Shown here: one piece after another, positions 19,265 to 28,160 of the stretch
How positions within the stretch are numbered: position 1 is the stretch's first letter
How the letters are laid out: every line of letters starts with the position of its first letter
NCBI RefSeq assembly: GCF_001677475.2
Contig: NZ_CP015229.1
DNA: 64,000 nucleotides
Reading direction: 5' to 3' (one strand)
DNA from: Escherichia coli
GTDB taxonomy: Bacteria > Pseudomonadota > Gammaproteobacteria > Enterobacterales > Enterobacteriaceae
Position numbers and translations under genes: made by a program
The notes under the pieces: model-generated
Told to the model about the DNA's origin: nothing
Database searches by the model: none
What the model saw: only the letters and a program-made list of their open reading frames with translations

Positions 19265-20832
19265 ACCAGAAACAACAGGCCGGGGCCGCACGCCGTCTGC
19301 TGAACCCGGCAACCGGTGAGGAAGACACGCTGAAAAAAGAGGCGCTCAACGAAGCACAGGCCCGTCCGCGTCAGGCTGGCGTGCGTCCGGCCTCGCCGGG
19401 CATCAGCATCGCCTCCGGGCTGAATCCCGGCAGGCTGGCAGGCATTCTGCGCAATGCCGCCAACGGTATCACGCGTGATTTTTTTATCCTTGCCGAAGAG
19501 ATGGAAGAACGCGATTTGCATTACGCCTCGGTGCTGCGCACCCGCAAGCTGACGGTGGCGGGTATTGAACCGGTGGTGGTGGCTGCCAGTGATGACGATG
19601 CCGACGTACAGCTGGCGGATGCCATACGTGCGCTGATGGAAGCCCCGCAAATCCCCGAGCTGATGTTTGATTTGCTCGACGGGCTGGGAAAAGGCGTGGC
19701 GGTCTGTGAAATTTTGTGGAACACCCGCAACAACCACTGGGTGCCCCGTGATTATGAGTGGGTTGATCCCCGTTTTCTGAAAGCCGAAAAGCCCACTCTG
19801 CGCCGGTTCCGCCTGCTGACTGACGATGAACCGGTGGATGGCGTACCGCTGACACCGGGAAAATTCATTGTTCACCAGCCGCGTCTGAAATCCGGTCTGC
19901 CGCTGCGTAACGGTCTGGCCCGTCTGGTGGCTGTGATGTATATGCTGAAATCCTTTACCGTGCGTGACTGGTGGGCATTTGCGGAAAAATTCGGCATTCC
20001 GGTTACGGTGGGGAAATACGGTCCCAACGCCACGGAGGAGCAAATCCGCGTGCTGATTGATGCGATTGCCTCCATTGCCTCAGATGCCGGGTGTGCCATT
20101 CCGCAGTCCATGCAACTGGAGATGCAGGAAACCGCCAGCCGGAATAACGGCGGCGCGCTGTTCCGTGAAATGGCTGAATGGTGCGATGCGCAAATCAGTA
20201 AAGCCGTACTGGGGCAGACCATGACCACAGATAATGGCAGTTCGCGTTCACAGGCGGACGTGCACAATCAGGTGCGCATGGACATTGTGCGCTGGGACGC
20301 GCGACAGCTGGCTAACACGCTGAATGAATATCTGGTGCGTCCCTACATCGAGGCCAACTACGGGCCACAGGCGCACTATCCCCGTGTTGTTCTGCGTATC
20401 AGTGAAGCCGAAGATCTGAAGGCGCTGACTGATGCTCTGGTGCCACTGATTGACCGGGGGATGCGGGTTCAGGAATCGGAGCTGCGGGATCGGTTCGGCC
20501 TGGCGGAACCGGACGAAGGGGCTGATGTTCTGCATCCGGTGTCTGCCGGAATGTCAGGTGATATGGCGATGAACCACGAGCGCGTCGCCCTGAACCGGGA
20601 ACACCCCGACGAACTGGCACAGATGGTGGATGATGCCCTGCGTGACTGGCAGAAAACCGGCGAGGCGTTCACAAACCCGGTGCTGACACTGGCGCAGGAA
20701 TGCGACAGTTTTGATGACTTTCTGAAACGCCTGCCTGAGCTTCAGGAAACGCTGAACGCGGACGACTTTGCCCTGCAACTGGCGGAGGTGTGCTTTAAGG
20801 CCCGTGCGCTGGGAGACACTGGTCATGCGTGA
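19261..20832 (+). CDS. Portal protein (Mu gp29/H-like, DUF935)
   Basis: 523 aa; position after the terminase; GTG start overlapping the terminase stop. Confidence 0.7.
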   Translation: MNQKQQAGAARRLLNPATGEEDTLKKEALNEAQARPRQAGVRPASPGISIASGLNPGRLAGILRNAANGITRDFFILAEEMEERDLHYASVLRTRKLTVAGIEPVVVAASDDDADVQLADAIRALMEAPQIPELMFDLLDGLGKGVAVCEILWNTRNNHWVPRDYEWVDPRFLKAEKPTLRRFRLLTDDEPVDGVPLTPGKFIVHQPRLKSGLPLRNGLARLVAVMYMLKSFTVRDWWAFAEKFGIPVTVGKYGPNATEEQIRVLIDAIASIASDAGCAIPQSMQLEMQETASRNNGGALFREMAEWCDAQISKAVLGQTMTTDNGSSRSQADVHNQVRMDIVRWDARQLANTLNEYLVRPYIEANYGPQAHYPRVVLRISEAEDLKALTDALVPLIDRGMRVQESELRDRFGLAEPDEGADVLHPVSAGMSGDMAMNHERVALNREHPDELAQMVDDALRDWQKTGEAFTNPVLTLAQECDSFDDFLKRLPELQETLNADDFALQLAEVCFKARALGDTGHA

Positions 20833-21589
20833 AACCCTCATCCCGAAAGAGGCGCTGGCGTGGCTGAAGGCGAAGAAGCTGCGCCCCGGTTTTGATTACC
20901 GGGATGTGTGGCGGGAAGAACACCGGAACAGCTTCACCGTGGCAAAAATGCTGCAACTGGATTTGTTGTCGGATGTGAAATCCCTTGTGGAAGACGCCCT
21001 GCAAAGCGGGCAGACGTTCAGCGAGTTCCGGGAGATGCTGCAACCGCTGCTGATAAAACGCGGATGGTGGGGCGTACAGGAGATGGATGATCCGCTGACG
21101 GGCGAAAGGCGCACCGTGCAACTGGGCAGCGACCGCCGCCTCCGCACGATTTTTGACACCAACATGCGCACCGCCCGCGCGGCGGGCCAGTGGGAACGCA
21201 TTCAGCGGACAAAGCGGGCCATGCCGTATCTGATTTATGAGCTGGGGCCATCCCGCGAGCACCGGGCGGAGCATGTGAAATGGGCGCGTCTGTGTCTGCC
21301 TGTAGACCACCCGTTCTGGCAGACGCATTTCGCCCCTAACGGCTGGGGCTGCAAATGCACCATCCGTCAGGTCAGCCGTGGTGAGTATGCGCAACTGGCG
21401 GCACAGGGCACCATTCACACCGAAGCGCCGGAAATCAGGACTGTCCGCTGGGTGAACAAACGTACGGGCGAAGAGGAAGAGGTGCCGGAAGGGATTGATC
21501 CGGGCTGGAACTACAATCCCGGTATAAACCGTGAGCAGGAGCTGGCGCGCCAGCTGGCGACAAAACAGGCCCGTTTTGACAGTGAGTAA
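20825..21589 (+). CDS. Head morphogenesis protein (Mu F-like)
   Basis: ATG 20825 overlapping portal stop; position after the portal gene. Confidence 0.6.
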   Translation: MRETLIPKEALAWLKAKKLRPGFDYRDVWREEHRNSFTVAKMLQLDLLSDVKSLVEDALQSGQTFSEFREMLQPLLIKRGWWGVQEMDDPLTGERRTVQLGSDRRLRTIFDTNMRTARAAGQWERIQRTKRAMPYLIYELGPSREHRAEHVKWARLCLPVDHPFWQTHFAPNGWGCKCTIRQVSRGEYAQLAAQGTIHTEAPEIRTVRWVNKRTGEEEEVPEGIDPGWNYNPGINREQELARQLATKQARFDSE

Positions 21590-21726
21590 CCCTCCCGCCG
21601 TAAATCCCCCTGAAACGCATCAGAAACGCGTTTTTTATTCTGATGGCGTGAATGTGCATTCTGACGTTTTTGAAGATGCTGTGGCGTTTTTGAAGGGGTT
21701 TTGAAGGGGGTATTTCCCCGTTTTCA

Positions 21727-21753
21727 GTGAAGCCGGTAAATCCGGCTTTTTTT
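21727..21753 (+). terminator. Second copy of the GAAGCCGG-TAAAT-CCGGCTTTTTTT hairpin
   Basis: Same hairpin plus T-run as at 13994-14018, in the F-to-I intergenic region. Confidence 0.55.
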
Positions 21754-21802
21754 CTGCCTTCCGCATACTGACCGTCGGTAACCCCAGACGACGGAGACTG
21801 AC

Positions 21803-22758
21803 ATGCAACCGGAACTGCTGGCGCTGTGTTTTTCCCTGCCAGAACCCATCCCTGAGCTGACACCTGCTCAACTGCCGGAATGGCTCGAACTTGTCCCTGC
21901 GGGTGAGTTCACCGGCGCGATGGCCGGACGTGGATTAACCGCAATCCGCATGAGGTGGTTGCCCGTTCGTCCGGCATCAAAATTCCGGTGGATATTGAAC
22001 ACGCCACCGAAATTAAAGGCCCGCGTGGTGAAGATGCTCCGGCGTATGGCTGGGTGGAAGAACTGCGGGTGACGGACAGCAGCACCATTGAAGGGCGTGT
22101 TGTCTGGAGCGAGTCCGCCCGCTGGATGCTGAGCGAGCGCCGCTACCGCTATTACAGCCCGGCGTTTTTCTTTGACGCGGAAGGCGTAGTGACGCGCCTG
22201 TCCAGCGTCGGGCTGACCAACAAACCTAACCTGGATTTTCCTGCACTGAATACGGAGAAAAACCTGATGACAGTACCTGTGCAAATCACCGGCCTGCTTG
22301 GGCTGGCTGAATCTGCCACGGTGGACGATACCGTGGCCGCCATTAAACAACTTCAGGAGAACGAACAGGTGGCGCTGAACCGCGCACAGACACCTGATCT
22401 GACGAAGTTTGTGCCGGTGGAAACCCACAATCTGGCCCTGAACCGTGCCGAAACCGCAGAACAACGCCTTCAGCAACTTGAAGAGAAGGAAGCAGAAGCG
22501 CTTGTGGATGCGGCCATCGAAGCCGGAAAAGTGGCCCCGGCAAACCGTGACATGTTCCTTGCCACCTGCCGCACGGAAGAAGGCCGCAAACAGTTTGCGG
22601 AGTACACCAGAGGCGCACAGCCGCTGGTGAACAACGACAAGCCCAGCCAGGGCAAGGATAAACCCGCGCAGACACTGACCGACACCGAACTGGCGATGTG
22701 CCGCAGCATGGGTATTACCGGGGAAGAGTTCCTCGCCGCTAAACCGAAACAGGAGTAA
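21803..22758 (+). pseudogene. Head protease/scaffold (Mu I-like) with an apparent -1 frameshift near 21915
   Basis: N-terminal part (...LPEWLELVPAGEFTG) is in one frame (ORF 21803-22072), the rest (RDGRTWINRNPHEVVARSSGIKIPVDIEHATE...) in the -1 frame (ORF 21955-22758); joined by one missing base after ACCGG at about 21914. Confidence 0.55.
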
Positions 22759-22765
22759 GTAACAC

Positions 22766-23701
22766 ATGTCACAGACTATCAGTTCTGAAATCCTTCATGC
22801 ACTGACCACCTGCCTGAGCGCCGCCTTTACCCGTGGACTGAGTGGTGTCGAACCGCAGTGGAATCGTATTGCTTCTGAGGTGCCGAGTTCGTCCGCCTCC
22901 AACACCTACGGCTGGATGAAAGATTTACCGGACATCAAAGAATGGGTCGGTGAGCGTCAGCTGGCAACGCTGGACGGTTATGGTTACACCATCACCAACA
23001 AACTCTGGGAAAGTTCCATTCGCGTTAAGCGCGAACACATTGAAGATGACCAGATAGGTCAGTACAGCATTACCGCCGAACGCTATGGCCGTATGACTGC
23101 TGTGTTCCCGGACAAGCTGTGTTACGCCCTGTTGTGTGCCGGGTTTAACACCCTGTGCTTTGACGGCCAGAACTTCTTTGATGAAGACCACCCGCTGGGC
23201 GACGGCACCTACAGCAACGTTGTCGGTACACCAGGAACGGACCAGGGCGAACCGTGGTTTCTGATTGATGAGTCGCAGGTGCTGAAACCCATCATCTGGC
23301 AGACGCGACGCGCCTTTAAATTTGAAGCCCTGGACGATCTGAACAGCGAGCACACCTTCAAGAACCACGAGTTCCTGTACGGCGTGGACGGTCGCTGTAA
23401 TGCGGGCTTCGGCTTCTGGCAGACCGCCGTCGGTTCCGTGCAGCACTGACGGTGGAGAACTACAAAAAAGCCAATGAGTTGCTGCGGGGCATGAAGGCAC
23501 CAACGGTGAGCCGCTGGGCATCCGCCCGACCACCCTTGTGGTGGGGCCGAAAAACCGTGCGGACGCGAAGCTCATTATTGACGCCATGCTGGTTAACGGC
23601 GGCGATTCAACATCTGGTACAAGGATGTGGAGATCGTGGACAGCCCGTACATCACACCGCTGGCAATAACCCGTCATCGCGTATCTGTAACCCGCAGTTA
23701 A
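22766..23701 (+). pseudogene. Major head subunit (Mu T-like) interrupted by three apparent single-base deletions
   Basis: Protein-like translation continues through three frame changes: ...AVGSVQ / (A)LTVENYKKANELLRGMK / GTNGEPLGIRPTTLVVGPKNRADAKLIIDAMLVNGGDS / NIWYKDVEIVDSPYITPLAITRHRVSVTRS*, shifting at about 23443, 23497 and 23608. Confidence 0.55.
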
Positions 23702-23751
23702 AAGGCGCTGCGAATGCCCTTTTAACTGCCTTTTAAAAGGCAGAGTCATGA

Positions 23752-24060
23752 GTGAAAAAAGCAGGAACCAAAGGCGCGAAAGCCGCAAAGAACAGCGCTG
23801 CACAGGAAAACCCGGCACCGCTGGCAGACGTTATTGTGGCTGACGGTCAGGCGAATGAACCACGTCCGGCTGAAGACCCGGTTGCTGTACAGGGTGACGC
23901 CCCTGTCCGGCTGAACGTCCGGGCCGTGTCTGAAAACGGGTTCTGGCGCTGTGGCCGTTTCTGGTCACATGCCGGTGAGAATGTGGCGGTGATCGCTGCG
24001 GTTGCCACCCGCCTGATGGCAGAGCCGAATCTGATTGTCCGGGAAGCGGAGAAAGGCTGA
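23752..24060 (+). CDS. Hypothetical head-region protein (102 aa)
   Basis: ORF track (GTG 23752); an upstream ATG at 23748 is out of frame by one base across an A6 run, so the start is uncertain. Confidence 0.4.
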   Translation: MKKAGTKGAKAAKNSAAQENPAPLADVIVADGQANEPRPAEDPVAVQGDAPVRLNVRAVSENGFWRCGRFWSHAGENVAVIAAVATRLMAEPNLIVREAEKG

Positions 24061-24497
24061 TGGGGTACATCACGCAGGAAGACCTGTTACGCGCGGACGG
24101 CAATCTTGTCTGGAACATGGCGATTAACCGGGAAACCAACGGGCTGGACGAGGACAAAATCCGTCAGGCCATCAGTGATGCCGAAGCGGAAATTGATTCG
24201 TTTCTGTCCCGCCGCTACCAGCTGCCGCTGGGAGTGACGGAAATCCCGCGCCCGCTGCAACGCGTGGCAGTATCGCTGGCGTTTTACTGGTTGTCAGAGC
24301 GTGACAATCAAATCACTGAGCTGATCCAGAAACGCTACGACGACGCCATTAAAACCCTGCGTGAGATGGCGAACGGCACCCGTGACCTGGGTCTGCCGAC
24401 GTATGCCACCCCGGCAGAAACCGACCACGGGAAGATCATTGTAGTGGGTGCCAATGCCCGGCTGTTCACCCGTAACAACCTGAAAGGGGTGCTGTGA
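24060..24497 (+). CDS. Head-tail connector-like protein (Mu gp36-like, DUF1320)
   Basis: 145 aa; position after head genes; overlapping start/stop with neighbours. Confidence 0.45.
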   Translation: MGYITQEDLLRADGNLVWNMAINRETNGLDEDKIRQAISDAEAEIDSFLSRRYQLPLGVTEIPRPLQRVAVSLAFYWLSERDNQITELIQKRYDDAIKTLREMANGTRDLGLPTYATPAETDHGKIIVVGANARLFTRNNLKGVL

Positions 24498-25039
24498 TGG
24501 GGATTTCTGTACAGGTCAGCGGTGACCAGCGTCTGGAGGATATCCGCCGCGCCGTTGAAAAGCTGGCAGATGGTTCATTGCAGGCAGAGCTGCTGGAAAG
24601 CATCGGTGCGGTGGTGGAATCACAGACCCGCCGCCGCATCATCGATGAGAAAACCAGTCCGGGTGGCGAACGCTGGCCGGACTGGTCTGACGGGTACAAA
24701 AAGACCCGCCACGGCAACCAGAGTCTGCTGCGCGGTGAAGGCCATCTGCTGGAGAGTATCCAGTACATCGTGGAAAACCGTGTGGTGCGTATCGGTTCAC
24801 CGCTGGATTATGCCCGCATCATGAATGACGGCTTTTCCGGCAGTGTGCCGGTCAGCGCCCACAAACGGCTTATCTCGCAGTGTTTCGGGCGGGCGCTGAA
24901 ATATCCGGTCTGGCAGACCGTCGGCGCACATAACCGCATGATGAACATTCCACAACGTGAATTTCTGGGGCTGTCTTCTGCCAACCAGCAGGAGCTGCAA
25001 CAGGTTATCAGTCATTTCTGGAAGGAGGTTCTGCCATGA
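24494..25039 (+). CDS. Virion morphogenesis protein (Mu G-like / tail completion)
   Basis: 181 aa; gene order and size. Confidence 0.45.
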   Translation: MMGISVQVSGDQRLEDIRRAVEKLADGSLQAELLESIGAVVESQTRRRIIDEKTSPGGERWPDWSDGYKKTRHGNQSLLRGEGHLLESIQYIVENRVVRIGSPLDYARIMNDGFSGSVPVSAHKRLISQCFGRALKYPVWQTVGAHNRMMNIPQREFLGLSSANQQELQQVISHFWKEVLP

Positions 25040-25647
25040 CAGAACAACGCCCTGAACTGCGCACACCGGGGAGCACCGTTGCGGCCGCAGAGCGCATTGT
25101 GGCCTGGCTGAAAACAGCACTTCAGGGGAAAACCCCTGACCGGGCCGACGTGGTGGAGCGTCACATCGGCCAGTTCAACAGCCCGGAAGAAGTGAAGCGC
25201 TATCTGTCCGGTCGTACCGGCTGTATCCGGGTAGCTGCCCTGCGTGTCCGGGATATCAACCCGCGCGGCGGGCTGTCCGGTCTGGTCACCTGGGTGGCTT
25301 ACATCATGGCAACGGATTCGTGGGGGTATTCCCGCGACGTGCGCTGTGAAGTGCTGGCCGAAAAGGTGATCAAACGCCTGCTGTCGTCGGATGCCACAGC
25401 GGGCATGGGGGCTGAACGCATGGCCGCTGATGTGCGGGCAGACAACATTTACTCCGCCAGCCTCGACGGGCTGGGTGTCACCATGTGGGCGGTGACGTGG
25501 GAGCAGGAATTTCAGCTGGATGAAGAGATTGATCTCGCCGCGCTCCCGGACTTCCTGCGCCTCGGAGCGACGCTGCGCAGCGGTGAACATACTGAGATTA
25601 ACGACGTGATCCATGTACGGGGTGACGATGGAACAGAAACTGATTAA
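25036..25647 (+). CDS. Hypothetical virion protein (Mu gp37-like)
   Basis: 203 aa; AGGAGG RBS; position before sheath. Confidence 0.4.
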   Translation: MTEQRPELRTPGSTVAAAERIVAWLKTALQGKTPDRADVVERHIGQFNSPEEVKRYLSGRTGCIRVAALRVRDINPRGGLSGLVTWVAYIMATDSWGYSRDVRCEVLAEKVIKRLLSSDATAGMGAERMAADVRADNIYSASLDGLGVTMWAVTWEQEFQLDEEIDLAALPDFLRLGATLRSGEHTEINDVIHVRGDDGTETD

Positions 25648-25831
25648 GCCAGCGCGGGAAAACGTCCGTGTCCGTAAACCGGATGGCGCGCATTTATCCC
25701 CGGAAGGGGAACGTCTCGACGTCGGGGCGTACTGGCGACGTCGTGAAGCCGAGGGGGATGTGGTGATTGCTGATGTTCCGGCAGAAACATCCCTCCCTGA
25801 AACCAAAAATCAGAAACGAAAGAGGAAGTAA
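25628..25831 (+). CDS. Small hypothetical protein (DUF2635-like)
   Basis: ATG 25628 (ORF-track start 25613 trimmed); Lys/Arg-rich C-terminus. Confidence 0.35.
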   Translation: MEQKLIKPARENVRVRKPDGAHLSPEGERLDVGAYWRRREAEGDVVIADVPAETSLPETKNQKRKRK

Positions 25832-25835
25832 ATCT

Positions 25836-27311
25836 ATGTCGCTGGGTTCAATTCCTGATGATATCCGCGTCCCGCTCGTCGTGATCGATATTGACAATTC
25901 ACAGGCGCTGGACAGTGCATCCGCGCAAAGCCGAAAAATTCTGGTCATGGGCCATGCGGTATCGTCCGGCAGCGCAGACGCCCTGTCACTGACCCGCATC
26001 ACCAGTGACAGCCAGGCAGAGCAGCTTTATGGCAAAGGGTCTATGCTGGCTGAAATGCTCAAAATACTGCGTCGTGCCAACACGTACACGGAAACCTGGG
26101 CAATGCCGGTTGCCGCACCTGTTGGCGCTGCCGCAAAAGCCACGCTGACCGTGCTGGGGACAGCAACAGAGGCCGGAACGGTGGCACTACTGATTAACGG
26201 TGTCTCCGTTCAGGTGGGCGTGAGCGCCGGGGATACCAAAGAAAACATTGCAAAAGCCATTGCTGATGCGGTGACGAAAAAGCCTGCCACGCAGGTGGCC
26301 GCTGCGGTGAAGGATGATGCCACGGATACCGTGGAGCTGACCGTGAACTGGCACGGCGTCACCGGCAACGGTGCCGACGTTCGCCTGAACTACTACACCG
26401 GTGAAGCCTTCCCGGCAGGTGTGAAGGTGACCGCAACCGCGTTTACCGGCGGCACCGGGACACCGGAAATGGCAGACGCCGTTGCGGCCATCGGCCCGGA
26501 GTGGTTTACCGATATCATCGCCCCGTTCACCGACACGCAAAGCCTGAACACCCTGCGTGATGAACTGCTGAACCGCTGGGGGCCGCTCAGGATGATGGAA
26601 GCGCAGCTATGGACGGCGTTTCGTGGCACGCACGGCGAGACAGGCACGTTTGGTGAAACCCGCAATGACTGGCTGATTAGCTGTATCGGCACCAACCTGT
26701 CACCGCATCCGGCGTGGATGTGGGCCGCGTCATACGGCGCAACGGCAGCGTATCACCTTGCCATTGACCCGGCGCGTCCGCTTCAGACGCTGGTCCTGAC
26801 CGGCATTCTGCCGCCTGCGCGTAATGTTCGCTGGGATATGCCGGAACGTAACCTGCTGCTGCATGACGGCATTGCCACGCACATGGTGGACGCCGGGGAT
26901 AACGTCTGCATAGAGCGTGAAATCACCATGTACCGGGTTAATCAGTACGGTGATGCGGATGTGTCGTACCTGGATGTGCAGTCGCCCGCCACGCTGGGCC
27001 GTATCCGTTACATCATCAAAAACCGTTTCTCGAACCGTTATCCGCGCCACAAGCTGGCGGATGATGACGTGCTGGACTCGCTGGATGCGGGGCAGCCGGT
27101 GATGACGCCGAAGCTGTGCACCGCAGAGCTGCTGGATATCTGCCAGACCGAACTTATCCCGGCAGGCCTTGTGGAGAACTTCAGCGATTACAGGGACACG
27201 CTTCAGGTGACACGCGACAGCAGCGATAAAAACCGCCTGAACTTTATCTGCCACCCGAATCTGGTGAACCAGCTGCGTGTGCTGGCAGGCCTGATTCAGT
27301 TCAGAGTTTAA
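25836..27311 (+). CDS. Tail sheath protein (Mu L-like)
   Basis: ATG 25836 with AGAGGAAG RBS (ORF-track start 25767 is upstream alternative); about 491 aa immediately before the tube gene. Confidence 0.7.
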   Translation: MSLGSIPDDIRVPLVVIDIDNSQALDSASAQSRKILVMGHAVSSGSADALSLTRITSDSQAEQLYGKGSMLAEMLKILRRANTYTETWAMPVAAPVGAAAKATLTVLGTATEAGTVALLINGVSVQVGVSAGDTKENIAKAIADAVTKKPATQVAAAVKDDATDTVELTVNWHGVTGNGADVRLNYYTGEAFPAGVKVTATAFTGGTGTPEMADAVAAIGPEWFTDIIAPFTDTQSLNTLRDELLNRWGPLRMMEAQLWTAFRGTHGETGTFGETRNDWLISCIGTNLSPHPAWMWAASYGATAAYHLAIDPARPLQTLVLTGILPPARNVRWDMPERNLLLHDGIATHMVDAGDNVCIEREITMYRVNQYGDADVSYLDVQSPATLGRIRYIIKNRFSNRYPRHKLADDDVLDSLDAGQPVMTPKLCTAELLDICQTELIPAGLVENFSDYRDTLQVTRDSSDKNRLNFICHPNLVNQLRVLAGLIQFRV

Positions 27312-27320
27312 GGGGGCCGC

Positions 27321-27677
27321 ATGGCAAAAATTCTTGGCATGGCGACCATTCGCGTGAATGGCCGCGAAATTAAAACCGAGGGGAAATCCACGCTGAATCC
27401 GGGCGGCTTCAGCCGCACCCAGCATATGGGCGGCGGCAAGGTCTGGGGTATCTCCAGCAAGATGGCCTCGCCGTCCATCAAGGTGACCATTGCGGCAGCA
27501 GCGGATATGGACGTGATTGAAATCAGCAGCTGGGAAGATGTCACGGTGATGTTCTACGGCGACAACGGCCTGAACTACATGATGACGGGGTCCGCCACGG
27601 ATAACCCGGCGGAGCTGGACGAGGATTCCGGCACCATCAGTGCGAACTTTATCGGTGAAAAATGCGTGAAGGTGTGA
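27321..27677 (+). CDS. Tail tube protein (Mu M-like)
   Basis: 118 aa directly after the sheath gene. Confidence 0.65.
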   Translation: MAKILGMATIRVNGREIKTEGKSTLNPGGFSRTQHMGGGKVWGISSKMASPSIKVTIAAAADMDVIEISSWEDVTVMFYGDNGLNYMMTGSATDNPAELDEDSGTISANFIGEKCVKV

Positions 27678-27678
27678 C

Positions 27679-28074
27679 ATGGCTGAAATGACATTTGAAC
27701 TGAAACACGGGCTTCTGACCGGCAAAGGCACGGCAGATGAAACCCTGCATAAAACCGTGAAGCTGCGCGAGCTGACCGCCAGCGACGTGATTGATGCACA
27801 ACTGGCCGCAGAACGTGTGGTACTGGGCGAGAACGGAAAGGCGGTGGCCTACTGTTCTGAAGTGCTGATGGGGCTGGAGATGATGCGCCGTCAGGTTGCG
27901 TCCATCGGCAACATTCCCGGCCCGCTGGACATGAAACTGCTGCGAATGCTCCACCCGACAGACCTTGAGCTTATCAGCACCAAAGCTGCTGCGCTGGATG
28001 AAATGCTTGAGGAGGTGGCAACTCGGGGGCGAACTGATGCCGCTGGCGGCGGCACTGATGAACCTGCTGGTTAA
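27679..28074 (+). CDS. Tail assembly chaperone (Mu gp41-like); C-terminus may continue in the overlapping +1 frame 27965-28174
   Basis: 131 aa between tube and tape-measure genes; Gly/Ala low-complexity tail in this frame while overlapping ORF 27965-28174 looks more protein-like. Confidence 0.45.
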   Translation: MAEMTFELKHGLLTGKGTADETLHKTVKLRELTASDVIDAQLAAERVVLGENGKAVAYCSEVLMGLEMMRRQVASIGNIPGPLDMKLLRMLHPTDLELISTKAAALDEMLEEVATRGRTDAAGGGTDEPAG

Positions 28075-28160
28075 CCTGTCTCAGCGATTCAGCATTCAGT
28101 ACCTGGAACAGCTGCCCCTGTGGCAGCTGTTCCGTCTGATAAAGCAACTGGAGAAACAGC

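Noticed and set aside
22925-23818. 297-aa minus-strand ORF; likewise 19159-20043, 26730-27731, 37096-37956, 45830-46708, 46724-47524 (all minus)
   Set aside because: Antisense shadow ORFs inside GC-rich, clearly coding plus-strand genes; low-complexity Arg/Pro/Ala-rich translations and no independent start or RBS context.
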